Of a DNA stretch of 64,000 nucleotides, positions 42,027 to 54,743 are shown piece after piece. The notes beneath the pieces were generated by a model. The model was not told where the DNA came from. It did not search any database and was given only the letters and a program-made list of their open reading frames with translations. Both the position numbers and the translations under genes were made by a program. The stretch's first letter is position 1. Every line of letters begins with the position of its first letter. Origin of the DNA: Paraspadella gotoi (lineage: Eukaryota > Animalia > Chaetognatha); assembly GCA_051294375.1 (NCBI GenBank), contig CM119264.1, positions 30,011,693 through 30,075,692 of the forward strand, read 5' to 3'.

Positions 42027-44188
42027 TCAGTTGGTCGTGATCCCCCATCTCATTCTGCATCCTCCACCTCTCCTATCCGTATCGTCCCTGTAATATGTCG
42101 TCCACCCATTGGTCTTTGCGCAGAGATTCCTGCCGACACCTCCACCGCATTGACCCCCGTCACCATCGGGATACCACTGATAGCAGAAATTGAGATTCCT
42201 GACCCAGATCGGCGTCGAGGTCGCCGCTTGAAGACCCCAACTCATTCGACACCCTCCACCGCGCCTGTCCGTATCGTCTCTATAGTATGCCGTCCACTGT
42301 CCCACCGTAGCGCACAAGTTCCTCGCCGCTCCGCCGCCGCATTGACCGCCGTCTCCGTCCGGAAACCAGCGGAAACACACTTTGGTCCTGCGGAACCAAG
42401 AGGGGGCGTTCTGCGGGGCCTTCAATCCCCAACTCATTCGACATCCACCTCCTCGTCGATCCGTGTCGTCCCGATAATAAGTCGTGAACTCGTCGGGTCT
42501 GGCGCAAAGTTCTCGACCGACGCCGCCGCCACATTGGCCGCCATCGCCATCTGGGTACCAGCGATAGCAAAGTTGAACATCGGAAAACCAAGACGGAATG
42601 GAGAGTTGAGTCTCGATCTTATCGCAGATGGCGTTGACGGCTGAATGATCGGGCGACGCCAGTACCAACAGCCTCTTGGTTTCTGCCAACATGGAATTAA
42701 GTTCAGACGCTGGGGTGTAGGTTCTCATCTTTCCGTAGACGATGTCCCTCGCCGCTCGTAGTCTCGCCTTGTCCGTATGCACCTGGACGGCCCGTTCCAT
42801 GGCGCCGCGTTTTCCGGCGTCGGCGATCAACGATGCTAACGGAGTTAGGGTTCCGCCGAAGATCCAAGGTCTTTCGGCGACGGTCGGTTGCCACTTCTTG
42901 AGGCCATCCTCGCTGAGCACATTGGCGTCGCCGCCGTGATAACGAATCGTCGTCGTCGTCGCCGCCGTGAATCGCTCGTCCACTTTGGTCGTCGCGCCGG
43001 TGTAGCCACCATTGGCTTTGAGGATGTTCAAGTATGATCCCTTGGCTTGAGCCTGGACGTGGCGCTCCGATTTGCCCAAAAAGTAGCTCTTCTGGGTCTC
43101 GAACATGATGTGGATGCTTCCGCCCATTTTTGCTCCTAAAAACATGTGAGTGCCGAAGTGTTGGAAGAACTGTTCGAACTTCTCCGGTCCGTCATCGAAT
43201 TTCGAAGGCAGTTGACGATCTATAAACATCTTGGCGTAACGGCTGATGTTGAGCGCCCAAGAGGGAGCCAAGTCTGCGCGGGATGAGGAGACGAAAGAAC
43301 GAACATCTTCTACGTAGCGAGAAGAGTTGGTGAGGGAGTAGGACATCTTTTTGTACGAGCCTGAATGGATTAGATGTGAGTAGTTATCATCCTCGAGCTT
43401 TATAATATGTTGGTTGTACCAATTTCATATATATATAATATGTGTTTATATATATTATATATAATAGTATATATTAATAGATCAAAGAAAGGAATTGCAG
43501 GACCGAGTGATTAGAAGTCGGGCTCGTTAACATTAAACCAAAGAAAACATCAGGGATGGAAAAAAAATTCAATAATTATGAGCCAAAGAGTTTTATGTCA
43601 TTGTAGTTAAAGAAATGTCATAAATGGCATAAGTTAAAAAAAACCAAAAAACCAAAAGGTCCAGGCCTTACCGGAAGCGGAGAACATCCCTCCGAATAGA
43701 TCGACCCCAGCGTCGGCCGCCATCGACTTTCGAATCTCAAGACTGTTTTTAAAGATGTCCACGTGAGAGGAGAGCATCCCGCCGGGCACCGCCGTGACGT
43801 CCCACACCTGATCCGGCAGATCGTACTCCACCTGCTGTCCGCCCGGCGCCCTGATCCGCACCTTCCGTCCGTCGTTGCAGGTGTAGTCGACGACGGGCTG
43901 GCGGAATCCGTCGTCGTCGTTGGCGTCGAGCGGAAGGAAGTCGAGTTTGGAGATGTCGATGCCGCGGCGGAGGCGGTCGAGGCCTGGAGCGGGGTTGGAG
44001 CAGTAGAGGGAGGAAGAGAGGGCGGTGGAGCGGGCGCGTCGAGTAGCGGAGGTCGGGCGGATGATCTCGATCTCGAGGAGGCTGTCGTCTTCAATGGCTT
44101 CGTCGTCGTTGGCCAACGCTGCGGACGTCAGCGTCAGGAGGAAAAGCGTCAGCAGTGCCGACGACGCGGCGAGATGCGGGAGACGCAT
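42027..44188 (-). CDS. Secreted MACPF pore-forming protein, perivitellin-2 67 kDa subunit-like, with three C-terminal Cys-rich repeats
   Basis: Two exons (44188-43672, 43360-42027) give about 616 aa. Signal peptide MRLPHLAASSALLTLFLLTLTSAALA, then PGLDRLRRGIDISKLD and the MACPF signature FGTHMFLGAKMGG. Three copies of CxxWxPDGDGGQCGGG..LCA...T.YYRDDTDRRGGGCRM.WG follow. Confidence 0.85.
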
Positions 44189-45916
44189 TGTTAACGAAGT
44201 TTAAGTTTTAAATAACGGTCAGTGGTTAAAACAAGAATTGTGTGGATTCGAAGTAACCAAAATGATCGAAAGGTTTTTATTGAATAATCGTGAACACGAT
44301 CCTTCTTGTTTTATATACCTTTTCGAGAATTGGATAAAAAAAAATCCAGTGGCTCCGTGCATTGTTGTTATTGATATTGATTTTTATTTTTGGTAGATAT
44401 ACGTATAATTTATTAAAAATTTTATTTTAAAAAAAATGTTTGATCTGATAACGATAATTAAATTATTATTTAAAAAAAATATTTAGACTTTAATTACAAG
44501 CCTTTATCAGTGCTGATAAAGTCAAAACATTCGAATTAAATTAAAAAATAATTATTAGTATCAAATTAAAATTAAAAAAAAAATATTAACCAAGACAAAG
44601 AGAATAAAAATCATTATATATTTTATTATAATATTTTAAAAATATTTTTAAATTAAATAAAAAAATAGATCATAAAACTATTTGATAAATATATATATAT
44701 AAAATAATATTAAGTTATTGTTAATTAATTTATCTACATGTATTTAAATAAAATCTAAATATTCACGTGTATAGTGAATCGCGGGCAAACCTAAAAACCA
44801 TTAATTACGTCAATCTAAAAAAAAATATCCTCCTTGGTGAACCGGAGATGAGTGGCTGAGAAAAAACACGAAGACCGATAAAGATAAAAAAAAACTATAA
44901 AAGAAAAACTAATAAACACTTCAAATTTTCTGACTCGATCGTTTTTAAAAGGAACTAAATATGTGATTCATATTAGGAATTATTGGAAGAAGCAGGAAAG
45001 AAATCTATCTTTAGAATTTGTGCGACAGGTCTTAATTGTTTTTTGTTCCTGTATCTTATATCTCATGTAGTATAGGATATGCCCTTTGCGCATTTTAATC
45101 TTTATTCTAATGAAGATACATTGCAAGTATTTTTCAATATTCTGAAATAGACTTATTGATTAATAGAAAGGGAAATAAAAAAAGAAACAAAATACAGATT
45201 AGGAATTAGTACAAATTCAAAAAGAAATTGTGGAATAAAAGAAAAAAAATTATTTAAATTAGTTACTGCCCGATTATTATTCGGAGTTGGACCATTCAAA
45301 GTCCTAAATATAATATTTGTTTAATTTTAAAATGATTATACGAAATCTGATTTTGTTTAAAATTTCAGAGTCTACGAATTGGAACATGAATCGTTGCCTC
45401 AAATCGGATCTGGCGAAGGAATCGAAGTCGGACAGAAACTCTCCGCCGTTCTCTCTGTGTGATATGCATGTGCAGACTTGGCAGTTGACCCTTTCACTTT
45501 TGTATTCCGCTCTAATTCTGAAAAAACTTTACTTAACTTTACCGAATTCATTGCCAATTATTACGTTTTCGGTTGCTGCATTTTAGTAAAACTGAATGTC
45601 CTAATTTAACTATGTATAATTGTATATTCATGTACATTTCTATTTCTTCTAGTCATTTTATAATTTTTGTACAATTACATTTTTACATCGATTTATTGTC
45701 TATTTTTTTTCAAAGAGAAGTTTTAGAGAATCAAAAAGTAAACCAATGCTTAGTCAAGCAATCACGAATTTCTATCCAAAAATAATGATTTTGAAACTTA
45801 ATTTTCGTGATAAGATATCGACAGATCTTGTTTTGTCGATCCCGTTAATGATTTTCGTCCTTCCTAATAAAAAGTGGCCTCTATAGCGTTCTCCATTTTA
45901 AAATTGCTATACTCCT

Positions 45917-46007
<91 letters not shown>

Positions 46008-46561
46008 CTCTCTCCTCTCCATGATTCGATGCCTGGGCGAATTTTTTCCCACCCTGTCGCTAAGCATGCGAAGTCCCAGGATTTTGAAGAAAGTCAACAA
46101 AAAAAGAAAGAAAGAAATAAAGATCGATCATCGACGGCAAAAACTTGTTTCTTATTCGACCTTGAAATTTTAAACCAATTTTTTAAAATTAATTTTAATC
46201 AATTTTTATCTCCTGTGTTCGTACATGGTAAATAAAAAAAGGAACGATTGTCATAATTGAAAACAAATATATAAGAATCGACAATAAATAATAATTGAAG
46301 ATGACGCATCATGAGATGGCCTTGATCATAAAATTGTTCTCAAAACAAAAATTACGTTTAAAATTGAACCGTTTTTTTGTTTCGTTTTTTCTTCGTAAAT
46401 TTCATGATTAATTCATTTTACTTCCCCATCAATTTGCTTCAGTTATGTGATCCGTCGCGGTCGCCAAAAAGCGGAACAACAACCACAACAACATTTGTCT
46501 TCTAATAGCTCCCGGATTTACGCCTGGGTCATCTTAGGCTTTACCTCATCTCTTTCCTTAA

Positions 46562-46910
46562 TTCTATTCTACTTTTCTATTCTACTCTATTCTATTTCTA
46601 TTCTACTCTATTCTTTTTTCTATTCTACTCTATTCTCTTATCCATTATACTCTATTCTCTTTTCCATTCTACTCTATTCTTTTTTCTATTCAACTCTATT
46701 CTCTTTTCCATTCTACTCTATTCTCTTTTCTATTCTACTATATTCTCTTTTCCATTCTAATTTATTCTCTTTTCCATTCTACTCTATTCTCTTTTCCCTT
46801 CTACTCTATTTTCTTTTCTATTCTACTCTATTCTCTTTTCTATTCTACTCTATTCTCTTCTGCCTCTTTTATATCTTATTCTATACTCTTCCACGTATTC
46901 TACTCTCTTT
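46562..46910. repeat. Degenerate TATTC/TACTC pentamer-based tandem array
   Basis: Seen directly. It explains the LFYS-rich ORF 46447-46980. Confidence 0.9.
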
Positions 46911-47033
46911 ACTTCCTTCACCCTTTTTCTCTCCACCCCCTTCTCTCTCTTCCCCTCATCCCCCTCCTTTGCCAAGATAACCGAGGTCCCCGGAGCGGGA
47001 GGCGGCGCGCCCGCGGTCAAAGCGCCCCCTGTG

Positions 47034-48638
47034 ATGGCGCGAGAACACTACGGCGTCGAGAGGCAGAACTTCTTCGTCGAAGTTTTCGACAAGGAGGCCG
47101 CGTCTAGGCTCAAATGGCATCTGCAGTACAGGTGCTCTTGTTTTCAGGCTTGAGTGGCATCTGCAGTGGAGTTGAGGCCGCGTCTAGGCTCAAATGGCAT
47201 CTGCAGTACAGGTGCTCTTGTTTTCAGGCTTGAGTGGCATCTGCAGTGGAGTTGAGGCCGCGTCTAGGCTCAAATGGCATCTGCAGTACAGGTGCTCTTG
47301 TTTTCAGGCTTGAGTGGCATCTGCAGTGGAGTTGAGGCCGCGTATAGGCTCAAATGACATCTGCAGTACAGGTGCAATTGTTCTCAGGCTTGAGTGATAT
47401 CTACATTGTAGATGCAGTTATTTTCAAGCTTGAGTGGCAGCTGCAGTGCAGGTGCAGTTGTTCGCAGGCTTAAGTGGCATCTTCAGTGTTAGTGAGTCTC
47501 AAATGGCATCTCAAATTTAATCTTTTCTCTTCTTTGCTTTTCTTCCAATCACTCAATCACTGTCTCCATCACTTAATCACTCTCCTTATCACTCGGTCAC
47601 TCTCTCCATCACTTAATCACTCTCCTTATCACTGGGTCACTCTCTCCATCACTTAATCACCTCCCCCAGCAAAGACTTTGCTCGCGACGCCAAAAAAGTG
47701 AATTGGGAGTCGATGGAACTTCCGTCTCTTCGCGCGAATCCGAAATCGGACGTCGGCGCCCACGTCATCCTCAAACCGGACATGACGGAGATCGTGTTGA
47801 AACAGTTGAGAGTGAGTTAGAAGGGGGGAGAGGGGTGGGGGGGGAGAGAGGGGGAAAAGTGAGTGAGAGAGAGGGAGCCGAGGCAGGGGGGAGCGAGAGA
47901 TAGAGAGGGGAGAGAGAGAGAGGCAGAGAGAGAGCGAGACGAGAGCTGAAATGGTTTTGAAGGGATAAAGAACGAAGGAAATGCAAATGAAAATTCTCAA
48001 AATTAAATATTTTTTCCTACTTTCAACCACCGGCTCCCCCATGATCCCCTTTTAAAGGCGGCGACGGAAGGCCTGGCCCCCCTCTCCGACATGCATCCCG
48101 TCTCCAAGGCGGAACGCGATATTCTCTTTGACGGATTCAGCAAAGATCAAAAGGGGAGATACAAATATCTGAAGATGAGGAAATCTCTCGATCCAGAAGA
48201 AAAATATCGATTCCCTCAGTTATCGTCTTGGGAATATGGGTGGAATTTTAGGAAGATCACGACACCTGGTGAGGAAATGAAAAACAAAAAGCCAATGACG
48301 CTGTATACAACGTTTAATACCAGTCGCGTGGTCTGGTTTTATCACTTTTTTTAAAACTTTTTTTCTTAACGCTTATCCGTTTTTGGTTTTTTTTCAATGT
48401 AATATTCAAGTTGCGACGGACAGACAGATAGAAAAACAAAGAGATAAAGGCAGACGTCTTTTAGAGTCGCTTTTCCACGCGCGCGATAAAAAACAAGAAA
48501 CGAAAAAATCACAAACTTACGATGCTCTTTTGTCTTCCGCCAGGCATCGCTCCTATCAACGCTCGAAACCGCATCGTCGACGAGTCCTTTTACCGACCGA
48601 CCTGCGTTCAATACCCGAAGGACCCGAAACTCATGTGA
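47034..48638 (+). CDS. SPMIP1: SPMIP1/ATP6V1FNB-like axonemal microtubule inner protein; an upstream exon is possible
   Basis: Exons about 47034-47131, 47670-47811, 48058-48268 and 48544-48638. Reads RQNFFVEVFDKEAASRLKW..MHPVSKAERDILFDGFSKDQKGRYKYLKMRKSLDPEEKYRFPQLSSWEYGW..RIVDESFYR, the family pattern. Confidence 0.75.
47094..47480 (+). repeat. 80-bp tandem repeat (about 4 copies plus decaying partial units) built from an exon end and its 5' splice site
   Basis: GAGGCCGCGT(C/A)TAGGCTCAAATG(G/A)CATCTGCAGTACAG|GTGC starts at 47094, 47174, 47254 and 47334. Confidence 0.92.
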
Positions 48639-49527
48639 ACCTTTTGTGAGATCTCGTGATAAGGATCTCGATGTCGCCTGCCAAGTCATTTATCGTTTTA
48701 CGTGAAACCTAAATTAATAAGTTGCTTTCGTATAAAAACAAAAAAGGAAGGTGTATGTATACTAAATATACTAAATAACTCTAGTTGAAAACGAAGTTTA
48801 ACGAGGAAGCTTCAAAGTAATGCCACATTCTTCGCCATTGCTAACATGTTTTTCTGGATATATGAATTTGTTTGTTGTCAGTAGAAAGTGCTTACTTTTT
48901 TCAAACTTGTAGTTAGAATTAGGTATATTATACTAAATGGGACTAATTTTAATTTTTTTAATTTTATGTTCAAATTGCATCGTTTTGATTCATTGTTCAA
49001 AACTAAACTATCTTGACAGTAGTTTGAAAATAAGACACTAGAAGACAATACTAACACGCAGGTATTTATTACAAATAAATTTTAAACAAAACAAGAGAGA
49101 AAAGCTACGGCTTATTTAAACAGAAATATTTTAAACTAAATTCAGATCAGTTGCTTTGAGTAACATCGTCGGAACATGAACCAAAATTGACTAAATTCAC
49201 TGCAAGCTGTTAATAATAATTGTCAATGTTTAAATCGATAAAAAACTGAAATAATTAGCATCAATGAAATACAATAAATTGAATTAATTTCACAAGTATT
49301 CTCATCCGATCAGCATATATTTTTTTTTCGTTTCAAATTGTACGTAAACGCAGCGAAGACTTTTTGACGCAGCGCGCCAGAGCAGCAGCCCAGCAGCCAG
49401 CCGCGCGAAAAAAAAGGCGCGACGCTAATAATTTACAAAAAATAAACATATATACCACGAAACATTATTGAAAATAGAGAAATAAATGGCAAACGGGCAA
49501 AAAAAAAAGATTATTTATATATCGTTT

Positions 49528-52500
49528 TCAAGTATCTTGAGATCCTCTGATCCCAACGACGACGGCGATGATGATGATGACGGCGACTAGCAAAGCGACA
49601 AGAAAGAACCAGAACCATTTGTTGTTGAGACCACTATCCAAATTCGCGCAGCAGTAGCCGGAACGACGGGCGCCGCCGCCGCCGCCTGCTCGGCCGCTTT
49701 CCAGTTGTCCGGACGTCGCTAAGCGCGGCCTGGAGGACGACGTTAGATTTTGTTCTCATTTTCTTTGATGTTCAAATGTTTAAATATCCCTTCCACCCCT
49801 TTTTTGTCGGCCTTTTAGATATTTTAATTTATCAATAAATGACTTTTTATCACGAACGATGTTTAATAAGAAACCCAGAGTAGAAAATATTTTAACTGTA
49901 ACAAGAAGCTCCCTCTTTTTCAAGAAGACAACACTAACATCTCCCAATTCTAAAAATACAAAATGTTAAATAAGCCAGTTAATGACCTTTATATTTAATT
50001 AAATATATCTATCGTTTCATAGTTTAAATTTAAAAGAAAAAAAGTGATTTTGCAATTTTCATACGATTGGTCCTCGACGTGGACGTAAGTGAACATTCCC
50101 TCGGGAACGCCGGAGACGAGTTTCTTGCCCTCGATTACGGGATCCTGGATTTCCATGAGGTTTTTGGATTTGACGCTGACCCCGCTCGGAAGGGAGCTGG
50201 CGACGGCGCAGGGTTTCACCTGGTGGAGGAAATGAGAAGAGAAGGGGTTGGTGCTGCCGATTCACGGATGAGTTTTGGGTGTACTATCCCAACAGCGAAT
50301 GCTTTACAATATTTATTAAAATCTCAATTAAAACTAATTCCTAAACTCCTCACCTTGTCTCTCGGCTGCTGTTTCATCGACGACATCCAATCATCGTGAT
50401 CGATCGATTTACTTCCCGCCCAAAAATCTCCGCCCGGCCAATCGGCGCCTTCGTCGTCCGGATGCAGCTTTTTGACGCCGGGATCGTTGATGCCAAAGTC
50501 GGCGTCAGCGTCAATTATAGCGTCGCCGCCGTCTGTTTTCGTCAAAAACATTTATTGTAAATGCATTGACAGAACATATTAACTCCCCTTGAAACAAGGT
50601 TGTAGAAAGTGCTCTGGGAGATGCATTGTATTATTAACCTAAACAGACTTTCATATGGTCTTGATGGATAGCTGATGCACTGCTGATGCACTGCTTTGTT
50701 ATTCTTTCATTATTTTGTTTGAGGGTCGGAGCAATCACTGCGAGTATAATTGCAAATTTCAATGATCTCTTGATCAATGATTCATGATCCCTTTTTAAAA
50801 TACTTTTTAAAACTCACAGTAAACCTCATAATGATATAAATAATTTTGTAAGCTACTAAAGTCAGTGGCAAGATAGCTTATATCTATCGAACGAATAGAT
50901 ATTTTTATATTGGTTGTAAACATTTTTTCATCCTTTCACTCCAGAAATATTGTAAACCTTTTTGCCTTGAAAGATTCAGAAAAGCTTTCAGCTTTTATCA
51001 GTCAATTTCTTTAGAATCAGAAATCCTGACGTCCTCATAATTTTGGAGCTGTAACTATCAACTAATTGGCTAAAACAAACGTTGGTATTAGTTAATTTTA
51101 ATCATTGATTGTGCACCAACTCAAGTCTCACCATCGTAAACATTTTGATTGAGGTCCAACTTCGGCTTCTCCGCTCCGTCTAAACCCACTTTAGGCCCTG
51201 GGCCGCCGACGTTGAACTTTACGTCGCCGTTCTTGGGCCCCGCACCGGCAAGATTGAGCCCTGCACCGCCACCGAGTTTAGCTCCGATTTTTTTCGAGTC
51301 ATCGGTGTCGATAACAGCTGTTTTGTGAAAGAGAAAAAGAGAGAGAGAGAGTGAAAAAAAGTCAGGGTATGAGATTTCCTTTTCATTAAATTGACATAGA
51401 TAGATCCTACTTTTTAACTATGCAGTTAAAAGTTAAATTTTGATTTCTCACAGTCATAAAGTCCCGTGTCCAGATCAATTGTGGCGTCGCCGCTGCCGCC
51501 GCCGCCTGCGTTGTTTTTCTTTTTATCTCCGTCGAAATCGATCCCGGTTCCAGTTCCGGCTCCAGTTCCGCCGAGATCTATTTTCCCAAGATCGATTCCT
51601 CCGCTCAGATCTTTCTTTCCATCGCCGCCGCTCGCTCCGCCTCCGAGATCTAGACCGCCGCCGCCGCCGAGGTTGATTCCCGCCGAGCCGGCGCCGCTAG
51701 CTCCGCCGCCCACTTCGAGGCCCCCGCCGTTGACGGCATTGGCGGCTTCGTCGTAGAGATCGCCCGTGTTGGAGAATCCGGGATTCGTAAATCCGCCTAT
51801 CTCGGCGTATTCCGAGTCTGATTAACAAATAACAATTTTTATTATTTAATATTACCAATAATTATTATTTATGGTCATTTATTTCTAGTAGTCCTTGGAA
51901 ATCCCATCCGTTCGCAATTTATATTTAGTCTGAAGAGACAGTAATAGTTGTTATGAGTTAGTGACAGAACCGTTCAATATAAGCAGTCCCTGAGCTTCGG
52001 ATCAGGCTGCAACACCACTGTAACACCACCTTACAGGCGGGTTAAGCGCCCCGTCCCTCTTAACTGCTAGGCGACCACCGGGCTAGAGACCCGGACCTTT
52101 GGCTTGGGAGACGAATGACTGTCTCCTGAACCAATGGCCGCTGATGAACGGTTGGTGGATTTTAGTCCACCATAAGTCGATCTTTGGTCGATTTTTGTAG
52201 TATGATTTCATTATTTTTACTAATTTTGTCATCGTTATCAATTTGGAGCATCTCGCTCCATGTATGCAATTTTAAATCAGTTAAAATAAATTTGTAAATT
52301 ATTTAAATAATCTTTTATTTATCCGTTTGCTTATTCATCATCTTACCGTCGTCTGTGGTCAGATTAAGATTCATTCTTTTGCCAGAAATGCGAGTTTCTT
52401 CTTTTTTCTCTTTTTCTCTTTTTTCTTGATCTTTTTTTTCTTTTTCGATCTGAAATCAAAATGAGATTTATATAATTATAAATAAAACTTGTCTTTCTGT

Positions 52501-53359
52501 CGGTCGATTCCTCGTTGAAAAAAAACTTTAATTTCAAATGACTTGTGACTTTTATGACAGATTAAGTCTAAGCCACAGTAATTTTTGTCCAGATGATCAT
52601 ATGACCATACATTGATGCAAATATAACACAAAAACATAAAAAGCATAAAATAATATCTTATCTTTCTGCTAGGTACTCTGCCAGGTACTCTGGGAGTGAA
52701 TAAACGAGACTGTGAGAGAGTCTTGATTGAAAGCTTGCAGGACCTGCTTGTCATTATCTTGTAAGAGTGATGGAGGCCTTAAACCACCAAAGCCTGTCCA
52801 AAGTCAGGGCAAGATAGCTTATTTATTAAATGAATGGATAATTTTTATATTGGTTGTACCAATTTCATATAAAAATAATTTATATCATAATAGTTGTGAG
52901 AGATTGATTTTTAAGTCAAGTGATTATTTATAGATTATTATATAATTGTAGTATAAAACACGCACATTAAGCAATAAGCAATAAGCATCTCATGTTACGT
53001 AACCTTTTTACTTAGCATTAATCCGAATTAAATATTTTTCTTTAAATTATAAATATTTAAAACAAAAATGAGCAAGGCCAACAGACAGACGGACAGATCA
53101 GAAAGTGTCTTCTAGACTTTGCTTCGAGAGGACTCGCGGCGCAACTAAACACTGAACACAGTTGTAAGAGACATAGGTTTCTCTGTAAGTATAACCCCAT
53201 AATTTTTTTTCCAATCCTCCGACGTCAAAAAATCTTTTAGGAAACCTGTCTCAGCCACTCCTCGTCGTCGGGATTCCTATAAACGATGGCGCCCTCTGTT
53301 CCTTCTTCGCTGATGTCGTGGGATCGGCGAACCTCGATGCCCGTCAACCTCTTCCACAT
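49528..53359 (-). CDS. Uncharacterised Gly/Asp-rich protein with a C-terminal transmembrane helix (tail-anchored); start uncertain
   Basis: About seven GT-AG exons; the junctions checked are in phase. Reads MWKRLTGIEV..EEWLRQ / IEKEKKDQEK..TTDD / DSEYAEIGGFTNPGFSN..GGLDLGG / .. / ..GYCCANLDSGLNNKWFWFFLVALLVAVIIIIAVVVGIRGSQDT*. No family recognised. Confidence 0.6.
52790..52870 (+). mobile_element. Best copy of a short interspersed repeat family (at least 6 copies in the window, mostly intronic)
   Basis: AGCCTGTCCAAAGTCAGGGCAAGATAGCTT..TTTTATATTGGTTGTACCAATTTCATA recurs at about 17377-17440 (+), 50857-50920 (+), 2905-2980 (-), 55485-55540 (-) and 60378-60445 (-), with a partial copy near 43405. 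Confidence 0.65.
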
Positions 53360-54211
53360 ATAAGCCGAGTTGACCGATAGATCGAGGTCGGTCTGTCCGT
53401 CTGTCCCGAGTGAGGCGCTTCGAAACGGTTAGCGTCCGAATAGCGTCGCAATTAGAGTTTTTAAACTTGCGAAATTATATAATTTATTTATTTTTTCAGT
53501 TTTATTAGAAAAAAAATCGTAGATGATTTTGATGTTTTTTTTAAAAAGAAAATAAAAAACAAAGCAAACGTTAAGATTAAAGTTAACTATTAAGTTAAAA
53601 GTCGCTTGCTCTAATTCAAAATTAACAAGTTCCATCCGCACGAGAAGACAACTCAATAGCTTGGCTGCGCAAAGAACAAACCCGAAGGACCACACTTTGA
53701 TGACGATGAAAAGAAACATTTACTGTGCGAGAAAACAACTTTCCCCGAGCCGCAGCGACAGCGGTCGCCGCCGCCGGCGCGCCTCCGCCCGCCCACTGAT
53801 CCGGTTTCTGCCGCTGCCTTCGCCAAAAATACTCGATCCCGGAATGTCGGCCCTCGACTCGAAACTCCACGATCCAAGACTCGCCTCGTTGGGTAAGTTT
53901 GCCTCACCTTCTCGCGGCTGACTCGGCGCTTCGGTGCGAGGGAAAGAAGGATGACCGGGTAATTTAGGGGGAAAGTGTGACACGGATTAAGATAGTGCGC
54001 GAGGAAAAGGATTACGGCATTGCTGCATTGTATCGTATTTGATGACCTTCTGTATCAGATATTTTTGTCAGTAAATTGACGGTGGTCGGTTATGTTATAT
54101 GAAGTGTATTTATTTTTTTTTTAACCTCCTTACTTTTTTTTCTTTGTTCTTTCTTTGTTTTTTTGTCTCCATATACGTAATTTTTTTTCTTTTTTTCTTT
54201 CATTCTTTCTC

Positions 54212-54247
<36 letters not shown>

Positions 54248-54743
54248 TAAAAATAAAAGTAATGATCCATTAATCAATTATATTTCATGATATGAGAAGT
54301 TTAAAACAGTCAAATATAGTCAAAGCGAATTTCAAGTTAATAAAAATCAAACTGAACGCTAGCGGCCAATTTTTCATGATAGAGCACAAGTTGGCTATAT
54401 TTAAACTAACAGCCAACGTAATTGTATAAAATTATTGTATAAGCAGTAACAAAATGTTATAGTTGATCTATTGTGAGGAACATTAAAACGCTTTATTGGG
54501 ATTTGTAAAATGAAATTTCTGACATTAAATTCGATTTCGAATAATTTCATGTAAACTACAAATATATAATACATAGCTAATTTATTTTCTTTAATACAAA
54601 ATTTTTTTAAAAAATTAGTTTTTTTACCTTCCTAGAAATCATTTTGAAAAAAAAAATCTTATAACAAAAAAATGAAGTTCAAGAAAGAGCAACTGCCTTT
54701 TGTTGATTTTTTCGATCGGTCGGTCGGTCAGCGAATGAAAGAA

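Larger units (their letters stand above)
32337..43708 (+). repeat. Direct duplicate (about 11.4 kb) of 19033-30435
   Basis: Colinear near-identity in exons, introns and microsatellites at an offset of about 13.3 kb. Differences are mostly single-base indels. Confidence 0.93.

Noticed and set aside
46447-46980. 177-aa hydrophobic LFYS-rich ORF that looks like a membrane protein
   Set aside because: It is the translation of a TATTC/TACTC tandem array.
47094-47480. Possible CRISPR-like array
   Set aside because: The units are whole tandem copies with no unique spacers, they derive from a eukaryotic exon-intron junction, and there are no cas genes.
53622-53983. Overlapping GC-rich ORFs upstream of the orphan gene
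   Set aside because: I could not establish an in-phase splice to the 53359 exon. This may be 5' UTR or an extra first exon.
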